Positions 18,148 through 28,427 of a stretch of DNA of 64,000 nt are shown piece after piece. Origin of the DNA: Macrostomum lignano (Eukaryota); the NCBI GenBank assembly GCA_002269645.1, contig NIVC01001645.1, positions 124,001 to 188,000 on the forward strand, written 5' to 3'. How positions within the stretch are numbered: the first letter of the stretch is position 1; each line of letters starts with the position of its first letter. The notes below the pieces were generated by a model. The model saw nothing but the letters and a program-made list of their open reading frames with translations, was not told the DNA's origin and searched no databases. Position numbers and translations under genes: made by a program.

Positions 18148-19802
18148 CTAGAGATCTCGGCCGTGCTCAGACATGGCGTGCAGTCGCAGCTCCTTGGCGT
18201 TGGCGCAGGGCCTGTTGCACTGGTCGCAGCGCGGCAGCAGCTGGCAGTGGACGCTGCGAATGTGCAGCCGAAGATTGCACAGCCTATTGAAGCCTTTGTC
18301 GCATGCCGGGCACTGGTGACTCTTAGCCTGCAGGTGGATGGCCTGGTGCCGCTTCAAGTTGGCCGCCTGGCGGAAGGCGCGCCCGCAGGTTGGGCAGGCG
18401 TGCGGCTTCTCACCGCTGTGGATCAGCTGGGGGAAATTGTGGCGGGCGGGAGTGGGCTGAGATTAGAGCTGAGTAAGATTGGAACTGGGTGAGACAAGAG
18501 CCGGGTGAGATTAGAGATGGGTGAGACAAGAGCTGGGTGAGATTAGAAATGTGTGACATCGGAGCTGAGTGAGACGAGAGCTAGCTGGGTGAGATTAGAG
18601 ATGTGTGACATCGGAGCTGAGTGAGACGAGAGCTAGCTGGGTGAGATTAGAGATGGGTGAGATCTGAGACGGCTGAGCTTGTAGCTGAGTAAGATTGGAA
18701 CTGGGTGAGACAAGAGCCGGGTGAGATTAGAGATGGGTGAGACAAGAGCTGGGTGAGATTAGAAATGTGTGACATCGGAGCTGAGTGAGACGAGAGCTAG
18801 CTGGGTGAGATTAGAGATGTGTGACATCGGAGCTGAGTGAGACGAGAGCTAGCTGGGTGAGATTAGAGATGGGTGAGATCTGAGACGGCTGAGCTTGTAG
18901 CTGGGTGAGATTTGAGCTGAGTGAGACAAGAGCTGGGTGAGATTAGAGACGGGTGAGATTGGAGCTGGGTGAGAGTTGAGACGGCTGAGATTGGAGCTGA
19001 GTGAGGCAAGAACTGGGTGATATTAAAGATCTACATTAGAGATCTGTAATTGAGATTTCAGATGTTAGATTGTAGCTGGGTGAGACGTGCATTATCTAAT
19101 AGATGAGACTAGAGATAAGAGTTTGAACGTATGGGAGACAACGATATGCGAGATTAGATATAGGCAAGAGCAACCAGATGTAGGTGAGGTCTGAGGTAAC
19201 CGGGAACAGGGATAAGATTAGAGGGTTGAGTGAGTGAGACTAGAGGATTAGACAACACGAACGATATTGAATCCCGGAAGACAGCTAAGAAACTGTTCAC
19301 AACTCACCCTATGCGTTGCCAAGGTGTTGCTACGCGAGAACGCCATACCGCAGGCCGAGCAGACGTACTTCCGGGCAGTTCGCTGCTGCCGGCCAGCAGC
19401 GCGCCCGCCGCCGCAGCTGCCTTCCTCCCAGGAGGCAGTGGCGGCGGGAAGTCGACAGCCGCGGGAGCCGGCCATCACCTGGGCGACGGACTGCACAACC
19501 TGCTGGCGGTCTTTGCCGCTGCCGCTTCCTGCTGCTGCTGTTGAAGCTGCCGACTGCAGCTCTGGCTGCTTCAACGGTTGCTGCTGTCGCGGCGTTGAGG
19601 GCGACGACAGAATGGCTTCGACAGAGAACTTCAGTTTGGGAGCCGGTGCTGGAGGCGGCGGTGGCGGCGGCGGTGACTGCTGCTGATTCGGCCGCTGCTG
19701 CTGCCACGGCCAGAAAGGGAAGCTGGCCAGATCCAGCAGTTGTTGCTGAGGCAACGGCTGCCGAGGTAACAGGCTGCTCGCGTAGGCGTATTGAAGCTGC
19801 AA
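18148..19802 (-). CDS. C2H2 zinc-finger transcription factor with eh1 (Groucho-binding) motif, Fez/Gfi-like
   Basis: Exons 19802-19308 and 18426-18148. eh1-like FSVEAIL. Fingers CSACGMAFSRSNTLATHRLIH-SGEKP-CPTCGRAFRQAANLKRHQAIH and CPACDKGFNRLCNLRLHIRSVH, plus a degenerate fourth finger. Confidence 0.9.
18462..19085. repeat. GAGCTGGGTGAGATTAGAGAT-type array with an internal ~220-bp duplication, ZF intron
   Basis: Read directly. Confidence 0.9.
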
Positions 19803-20395
19803 TGGGTGGGCAAGGGATGATGAAGATTAACATTTGACCAGCTTCCATAAAAAACCATCGCTGCTTTGGTGATAAAAAAGTTAAAGCCAGGCTTGCTCAT
19901 TTGATGCTTACAGGTATGAAAAACAATTGATAAATGTTTCATCACTTACCGAATAATGCATAATCAGTGTAGGGATCTTCGCGCTAAGTTTGTATGGTGT
20001 TAATAATGTGTTCCTCCTTTGGTTTGGTTCAATAGCGAAGGTGTTAAGAGGCTGAAGAGCTTTACTGGAGGATGGGACCGCAGGCCTTGTGAGGGGGGGC
20101 CTTTCTATTGAGGTTGGGGGCTCGGAGCGGAGGGGTTGAGGGCGACCTCCCCCCACCGCAGACCCCCATCTCCTCCTCCCTTTCACTTTCTGAGCAGCAG
20201 CTAACAGGGCCGGGTCTTCTCATCCCTTCTTTATAAACCGATGACGCAATCGAGTTTAGTCGGAGCCAATCCCGAGGTATTGATGAGCTCTACGAGAAAT
20301 TAGCCTTTGATCTGCCCCTCTCTTGCTGCTCTGCCAGTTTAGTATTTGATCTCACGATTTGGTGCGAAGTGAATCTGTTGAAGTGGTCGCGGGTT

Positions 20396-20637
20396 GCGCG
20401 CGAAGGCGTATTCAGCATGCCAGTGAAGTATGAGACAGACTAGGCCCATGGGCTAAGGTCTGCGATGCTTCACGCCTGCCCCTATCTTCAGCAGGTCAAG
20501 GCTGGTGGGAGGTCTGCACCCTCTATTTGCCTCTGGCAGCCGCAGACCCCCCCCCCAGGCTGTCTCGCAAGTCGACCCAGGGTACTCGTCCCCGCGTGTG
20601 TTCAAGGCAGTCCCTAGGGCTGCTGGACAGACTGGGC
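20396..20637 (+). ncRNA. HDV-like self-cleaving ribozyme (predicted) at the element 5' end
   Basis: P1 GCGCGC 20396-20401 / GCGTGT 20593-20598 with G1-U wobble. P3 GGG/CCC. L3 TACTCGT. P1.1 AC/GT. P4 GGCAGTCC-CTA-GGGCTGCT. J4/2 CAGAC. P2 CCCA/TGGG. Long structured J1/2. Confidence 0.8.
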
Positions 20638-20914
20638 TCCGGCGCTGGCGACCCTATCCAGTGGCTTCGGCCGAATTTGGGTATGCGGGTCTGGCTCGCC
20701 AACCTGCAGGCCGTGGTACTGCTTAACGTACTCTCTAATGCCTAAGGTGTTGACCGTGCCGATGGGCTGGAAGGCCGGGGAGTAGTCCGGTCGCAAGCGG
20801 TCCCCCTCCTGGTGTCGGGCCAGCCTTGAGGGTGCTATTGGCCTACTGCCCGGTCAGGTGGAGCGGCCGGGTGGGTACCGCGCCCCTTTGAGGGTAGCCC
20901 ACCAACCTTTTATC

Positions 20915-22419
20915 ATGGCCTTCGAGCCGACTATGGATAAACAAGCTATTTCTAGGGACGGGGACCCTTCTAAACCCCAACCTCAGTCTGAAGGACCGGC
21001 CGGCCCTGCTGGCAGATCCCAACCGACTGATTCAACTGTGGCAAAGGAAGGACCGGCTGGCTCTGCTGGCAGATCCGACCAGAGCTACCAAACTCAAAAT
21101 ACCCTAAGACCTGCCAGCTCCGCTGGTGGATCTAAGGGAACCGCGAGCTCTGAGCCTAAAGGACCGGCCAAACCTGGCAGATCCGATGAAGCTCAGCGGG
21201 CTCGGCTTGAGCGCAAACGCGCTAAACAACGCGCCAAAAGGCAGGCCAAGAAGGGAGCTGCGGGGGCCAAAGCGGCGGCGTCCACCATGGATGCTGAAGC
21301 GACTGGAGTCCCAAGGCAACCAGGCGGGCCGGCCGGTGGAAGCTCCAGTAGTTCAGCGGCGGCGCTCCCTGGAGCTGCTGCCGCGGCTGCTGAGGCCGAA
21401 ACCACGGCGCAACAAATGGCCACTGCCAACAAGGAGGTTCCTTCGGGAGCTACCTTTGCGGCGAAGGCCAAGGCCAAAATCCCGGGAGTGATCATCCAAG
21501 GTCGCGACCAGGACTGGACCACTGATCAGCTTCAAAAAGTGTGGAGTGCTGTTGACTCCTATCTGATTGAGCTGACTGTCGAGGAGGGAATCTCCATCGG
21601 CGTTGAGCGGATGGTGCTGCGAAGCACATTCGTTCTTATTGCTCCTAGCAGCGAGGAGGACGCTCGGCGGCTGCTCCAGCGGCTACCGACGTTCTCCTTG
21701 GATGCTGACCTTGGCGGAGCTCTTTTTCTTCGCGAGGGCCAGCGTCCAAAGACGATACCCTATGTGGTTTTCGTCCCTGCTAAGAGCACCGCAGCTGGAC
21801 CAGACGTTATTCGCCGGGTCCTACTGCGTCTGAACCCCGACCTCCCTGCTAGTGGACTGGTGTATCACCGTAAAGTCCGCAGGGGGGAGACGGGCAACTC
21901 AATTGTCCTCGGCCTTTCCAGCACTTGGGCGAGTCGGTACCCTAATGGATCCTCTTTCCAGCTGGGTGCCCTCAAGCTCAAGTTGCGCCGAGGAAAGTCT
22001 GCCAAAGGGAAGGCTACTGCCAACCCCGGCATCTCCGGCAAGAGCGGGGCGCAGTCTAAGGCCCAAGGAAAGGCGCAAGCCGATCCCAAAGCCAAAGCTG
22101 CATCTCGCCCCTCTGCTAGCAGCAGTTCGGCGACCGCGGTAACGGCTCCGGCCGAGCCCCGGGAACCAAACCTGCCAGTCGGAGAAGGAGTTGAGGACGA
22201 GGCCGGGTCTTCGGAATCCGAGCTCTCCTCGGCCACCTTGGTGGGGTCTGAAGGTAAAGATGCAGGTGAGGAAGCTTCCTCCATCCTGTCATCGGAGCCT
22301 GAGGACTCTGCTGGGGGGCCGGTGGGGGTGAGGAGGCCATGGACGTCGACCAACTCCCATCTCCCAGTCAAGCCCCAGCGGCCTGGGACGAGGACGATCT
22401 GTTGTCCAAGTCTCCTTGA
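20915..22419 (+). CDS. Retrotransposon ORF1 (basic N-terminus, RRM/DUF4780-like core); one 1-nt frameshift near 22320-22330
   Basis: ATG 20915. In the -1 frame after the G-runs the sequence reads EEAMDVD...DEDDLLSKSP* (TGA 22417-22419). No CCHC knuckles. The DUF4780 assignment is from recalled similarity only. Confidence 0.75.
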
Positions 22420-22458
22420 TGGCCCTGGGCTCTAGCCAGATATTGCATTTAATACAGT

Positions 22459-25400
22459 ATGACTAAGCTCCACGCTGCCAAAGGAGCGACATTCTGTCTG
22501 CAAATAAATTTACAGCATTGCGTATCTGCGTCAGTAAATCTGATGAAGATTGCTGAGCTGTACAGGCCAGGCCTCATCCTGATCCAGGAACCCTGGATGC
22601 GCAACGGTAAGTTGCCCAACATTCCCTCTGGCTACTCTGATTTTTATGTGTGTGGCCCGGGGAACAGCCGCCCTAGAGCGGCTATCCTCGCTGCTAGCCA
22701 TCTCCAGGCTTGGCTGAGGACTGATCTCTCTGATGGAGACCTTTGCGTCATCCAATCTAATCATTTCTCTCCGCGTACGTGTCTTGTTGCCTCGGTTTAT
22801 ATCCCAGGCGACAGAGACCCTGCTCCGAGAGTTTACTGCGCCTTGCGCAGTACTGCGAGTCCCAGAACGCTGAGCTGTGCTTAGGGGGCGACCTCAACGC
22901 GCACCACAAGCACTGGGGCAGCAAAGATACCAACACTAGAGGAGAGGAGCTTCTGGCCCTCATCTCTAACACAAACCTCATGCTCTGCAACCGCGGCAGC
23001 ACTCCTACCTTTAATAATGGCAGATGGACCGAGGTCCTCGACGCCACACTCGTTACCCCAAGACTCTTTGACAGAGTCAAGGAGTGGAGAGTCTGGTCTG
23101 AGGAGCCCTCCCTGTCTGACCACTGCTTTATCGCCTTTAATATCGCGGACACTAAAACCCAGTCTCCGATCACTTGGAGACGCAATATCCGCAACACTGA
23201 TTGGGCGGCCTACAAGGCTGCCCTTGATCTGCACCTGCAGGAACTCACGGACTTACGTCCGATTGAGACCTGCGAGGATGTGGATCATATGGCTGAGACG
23301 CTGACAGGTTGCATTATTGCAGCCTACGAAGCGGCTTGTCCTGCTCGCGCCTACAGAGGCAAGACCTCGGCGCCGTGGTGGAACCCGGAGCTGGGGAAAC
23401 TCAGGCGGAAGGCCAAAAGCCTTCATCGCCGTGCCATGAAGACCGGAAACCCGGAGGACATGGAGCTTTTCCGGCAAGCCTCCCGCAATTTCAAATCTGA
23501 AGTGCGCAAGGCCAAGGAATGTAAGTGGCGCCAATTCTGCAATGAATTGGATCAAGACAGACCTACTTCTAGGCTTGTCAAGGCCCTTACAATGGACAAA
23601 ATGTCCAAATTAGCCATGATCAAAAAAGATGATGGCTCTCTTACTAAAGACCCTGAAGAAGTGCTTCAGCATATGCTTAGCACATTCTTCCCGAGGGTAC
23701 CTACTGCTAGACCGGAGCCCAACCATTCGATGGATGGAGCCACCCTAGCGGCGGGCATTGTCACTGAAGACCTAATCGCTCGTGCGGTCAGAACCTTCAA
23801 ACCCTTCAAATCTCCTGGACCTGATGGTATCTACCCTGTTCTCCTTCGTGAAGCAGCCAAGATACCCTCGTTCCTGAGACTCACCCGCAATCTTATGCGG
23901 GCCTCTATCCAGCTGGGATACGTTCCCAAAAGCTGGACTGAAGCTCGAGTAGTCTTTATTCCCAAACCTGGGAAGGGTGACTACCAAAGCGTCAAGGCCT
24001 TCCGGCCAATTAGCTTAACGTCAGCAATGCTTAAGCTCACTGAGAGGCTTATTCTCTGGCGGCTGCTCTCCTGCGAGCTGACAGCGATGCCCCTCAGCAA
24101 TAATCAGCACGCCTTCCGTACCGGGAGGTCGACTGACAGCGCCCTGCATGCGATTGTCGAAAAGATTGAACGGGCGGTACTGGGTGACGGTTACGCCCTG
24201 GCTCTCTTTCTTGACATTGTTGGCGCCTTCGACAACGTTATCTTTGAAGCGTTTCAGAGGGCCCTTCAAAATCGCAAAGCTCATGCTACCCTCATACGGT
24301 GGATCATGTACATGATCTCCAACCGTACGGTCACTGCCCAACTTCTTGGGCAAACTGCCTCCACCAGAGTCTGTAAGGGTGGACCCCAAGGCGGAGTCCT
24401 CACCCCGACGCTCTGGAACCTGGTCATGGACGCTCTTCTGAGTGACTCCCGACCTGACCCCGTCTTCAAAGTCGGGTATGCTGATGACGTCACGGCCATT
24501 GTGGCAGGACCGTCTCCAGCACGCTCAGGGATCTGATGCAGAGCTTTATCCGCAAAGCAGAATCCTGGGCCAATGACAATGGTTTGGAACTCTCTGAGCC
24601 CAAAACCGTTGCCATTATGTTTACCAGCAGACTACGCTGGAACATACGTCCTCTGCAGCTCTACGGCAGAGATATTGCCTTCGCGCACCAGACCAGATGT
24701 CTCGGGGTCACACTTGACCACCGGCTCAACTGGTCCTTCCACGTGAAAGCAAAAGCTAAGCGTGCCTCAGCCATCCTGGCCCAGCTCCGACGAGCACTTG
24801 GCACTTCTTGGGGTCTATCCCCAAAGCGGCTTTGGTGGATCTATACTTCCGTAGTTAGACCTGCCATTACGTACGCCTCTGTTGTCTGGGTTAGCGCTAC
24901 CCAGGTCAAAAGCCATGCAGACCTGCTCAACACGATCCAAGGCAGAGCGTGTAGGCTCATCTGCAACGCCACCAGGTCCACGCCCTTTGCTGGCATGGGG
25001 GCCTTTCTTAATCTTCCGCCTCTTGACCTCTTCATCAGGGGTGAGGCGGCTAGAACGACGCGGCGTCTAATTGATGCCGGCGTCAAATTCATTTACATGA
25101 GAGCACCTGCTAAGCGGAACCTTGTCCCGCATAGCGATCTGTGCCTCAACTTTCTCAACGAGTGTCAGGCCAATCGCGTCTTCACCGATGGCATTGCCTC
25201 AACGCTCAACCTGAGACAGCGCTACTCCGTAGCTATCGACTCGCGCGATAACATCAATGACCATTGGAACCCTGGTGAGCTTCATTGCTACACCGACGGT
25301 TCTAAGCAGTCAGCCAACACCGGCTTTGGTGTTGGAATCTTTCTGAACGGGAGGGTCATCGCTACCCACGCTCAATACACTGGGGTCAACTCCAGTGTTT

Positions 25401-26197
25401 TCCAAAATGAAGTTCTGGCCATCAGCTCCTGCACTGCAGAGCTTCTCGCCACTGGCGTTACTGGTAAGAACATCATTTTCCATTCGGACAGCCAAGCTGC
25501 CTTGCACGCCATCAGTGGCTGCAGCACCAACTCTGCTACAGTCCTTGACTGTATCAAACTCCTCAATATGTTGGGTTCCGCCAACAAAATTACCCTTAAG
25601 TGGGTTCCGGGGCATGTGGGGATCCGAGGAAATGAGTTGGCTGACACCCTTGCAAAAGTTGGTGCCTCCGGCTCCTCTCTCGGCCCCGAACCTCTTGTCC
25701 CGATTCCTGGCTGTGTCATCGACTCGCGCATCAAAGCGTGGATCAGGACTCAGCACCGCTCGACTTGGGCGAACCGCACGAACTGCAGGCAATCCAGAGG
25801 CGCTGTCCCTCAGCCCTCTCACCAGCTCCGGAAGCTCCTCTTGCGCCTCTCGCGCAGAGACATCCGGGCTGCCACCATGACCCTCTCTGGTCATGGCTGC
25901 TTCTCCAGGCACCAGTACCTGCAGGGCAACGCCACCAACGCCACCTGTAGTTTCTGCAACTCAGGTGACGAAACCGCTGAGCATTTCGTCAGCATCTGTC
26001 CCGCCTTCACGCGGGCCAGACTCACTTACCTCGGGCCACACACATCTATTACTGAAGCGTGCAAACCCGAAAACTTTAATCAGCTCATGCGCTACCTTCG
26101 GGCCACCCGCAGGGCTGAACTCTCCTTTCCAGAGAGCACCATAGCTGCTGGCGACACTGGGGGACCTCCCTGGGCGGCGCCAACCCTCCGTCCATAG
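22459..26197 (+). CDS. Retrotransposon ORF2 (APE endonuclease, RT, RNase H, C-terminal Zn motif); two 1-nt frameshifts near 22830 and 24520
   Basis: APE: QINLQH, LIQEPW, GGDLNAHHKHWG, SDH. RT: PGPDG, FRPISL, FLDIVGAFD, GGPQGGVLTPTLWN, YADD. RNase H: YTDGS, FQNE, SDSQAAL, WVPGH..IRGNELAD. Confidence 0.95.
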
Positions 26198-26411
26198 CGA
26201 CGCGTCGGCCGTTCAGGGACTAGCGGAATGGGCGCCCGCGCCTTCCCGCTGTGTCCCCTCCGGGACAGCCCTGCAGCTAAGTCAAGTAAGTCAAGGTCGC
26301 GGGTTCGGTCTTTACAGGTGCTTGATTATGCTGAGTGACTGGGGCCGGTTGTTAGTTACTGCCAGTTGGGGGACCATATGGCTGGCCCTTGGATTCTTGG
26401 CGCCCTGGAGA

Positions 26412-27432
26412 AAATGAATTGGAGGTTGAGAAGGTAGAGAAGGTAGAGAAGGTAGAGAGGGTTGAGAAGGTAGAGAGGGTAGAGAAGGTAGAGAAGGTAG
26501 AGAAGGTAGAGAAGGTAGAGAAGGTAGAGAAGGTAGAGAAGGTAGAGAGGGTTGAGAAGGTAGAGAGGGTAGAGAAGGTAGAGATGGTAGAGATGGTAGA
26601 GATGGTAGAGAAGGTAGAGAGGGTAGAGAAGGTAGAGAAGGTAGAGAAGGTAGAGTGGATGGAGAGGGTAGAGAAGGTAGAGTGAGTAGAGAGGTTAGAG
26701 AAGGTAGAGAGGTAGAGAGGGTAGAGAGGGTAGAGTGGGTAGAGAAGGTAGAGAAGGTAGAGAGGGTAGAGAAGGTAGAGAAGGTAGAGAGGGTTGAGAA
26801 GGTAGAGAGGGTAGAGAAGGTAGAGATGGTAGAGAGGGTTGAGAAGGTAGAGAGGGTTGAGAAGGTAGAGAGGGTTGAGAAGGTAGAGAGGGTAGAGAAG
26901 GTAGAGATGGTAGAGAAGGTAGAGAAGGTAGAGAGGGTTGAGAAGGTAGAGAGGGTAGAGAAGGTAGAGATGGTAGAGAAGGTAGAGAGGGTAGAGATGG
27001 TAGAGAAGGTAGAGAAGGTAGAGAGGGTTGAGAAGGTAGAGAGGGTAGAGAAGGTAGAGTGAGTAGAGAGGGTAGAGAAGGTAGAGAAGGTAGGGTGGAG
27101 AGGGTAGAGAAGGTAGAGAAGGTAGAGTGAGTAGAGAGGGTAGAGAAGGTAGAGTGGGTAGAGAGGGTAGAGAAGGTGGAGTGGATGGAGAGGGTAGAGA
27201 GGGTAGAGAAGGTAGAGAGGGTAGAGAAGGTAGAGTGGGTGGAGAGGGTAGAGAAGGTAGAGTGAGTAGAGAGGGTAGAGAAGGTAGAGAAGGTAGGGTG
27301 GAGAGGGTAGAGAAGGTAGAGAGGGTAGAGAGGGTGGAGAGGATAGAGAAGGTAGAGACGGTAGAGAAGGTAGAGAGTGTAGAGAAGGTAGAGATGGTAG
27401 AGAAGGTAGAGTGGGTAGAGAGGGTAGAGAGG
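26412..27432. repeat. 9-bp purine-rich array (AGAAGGTAG)n
   Basis: Read directly; lies outside the 3' TSD. Confidence 0.95.
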
Positions 27433-28135
27433 GGGGCAGATAGTCTTACATTCTTGCGACCAATTTTACCTTTGTTGGCGCCAATTTCAGCCACTTCTTG
27501 CGTCAAAACTCCAAATTGACGGTCTTTTCTCTTTGATTTCCTCCCGTTAAGCCTTCATTGCAAAGCCCGCCCCCATCGGCACTCAGCACCGACCCCGAGG
27601 GCCCAGGTTGTCCAACAGCCACCTGCACGGTACGTAACGCACGATTGCACGCAGGCTCCATTAAAGCCCAGTTTTCAACCCCACTGGCCGTACACAACTG
27701 CTATTATCTTCTGAAGTTAAAAAAAGACTCGTGTAAAAGACCACGTCAGCAGAAATATTGCGCAAGAACATCTCTATAAGCCGCCATTGAATTTTTCGAC
27801 AAATCCTCATCGGCCGCAGTGCCTCTGGGAAGCCGGCCAAGCATGGCGCGTCCAGAATCCCTCTCAGCTCAGGGCAGACTCAGTCCTGATTGCGTCACAT
27901 GCGATATGCCTGCTTTTGTATAATGCTTCTTTTAATCTTTTGCACAAGGCTAATTATGAAACTGCAATTCTCGACTTCCTATTGATCACAATACGCATAT
28001 TGAAGTATTGTCAGCACTTATATTCTCAGCACAATTGAATGAATGGTGTTCTTCACGAATTAAAGCTACTTAAAGTTTATCCTCTCATGGCTGGGCATTG
28101 AATTTGAACAGGATCGACTGAGCTTGGACGACTGA

Positions 28136-28427
<292 letters not shown>

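Larger units (their letters stand above)
20396..26294 (+). mobile_element. Full-length non-LTR retrotransposon, LOA/Lian-Aa1-like (ORF1 plus APE-RT-RNaseH)
   Basis: Exact 11-bp direct repeat GGTCGCGGGTT at 20385-20395 and 26295-26305 (TSD). 3' tail TAAGTCAAGTAAGTCAA (26278-26294). Two ORFs. RNase H followed by LGPEP, and C-terminal CSFC...EH...C as in LOA-clade elements. Confidence 0.93.

Noticed and set aside
20278-20305. Hammerhead-like TGATGA...GAAA
   Set aside because: The core starts TTGATGA rather than CTGATGA, stem II does not close, and no stem I/III partner was found. CTGATGA at ~52388 lacks GAAA.
22320-24530. Programmed ribosomal frameshifts in the LINE
   Set aside because: No X XXY YYZ slippery heptamers at the ORF2 breaks, which fall inside conserved domains; single-base loss is simpler.
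21104-25912. Antisense and alternate-frame ORFs inside the LINE and other GC-rich exons
   Set aside because: Shadow ORFs of GC-rich coding DNA with no recognisable motifs.
26352-27519. EKV/STF repeat ORFs, and the 9-mer array as the LINE's tail
   Set aside because: Simple repeat; it starts about 105 bp beyond the 3' TSD, so it is host sequence.
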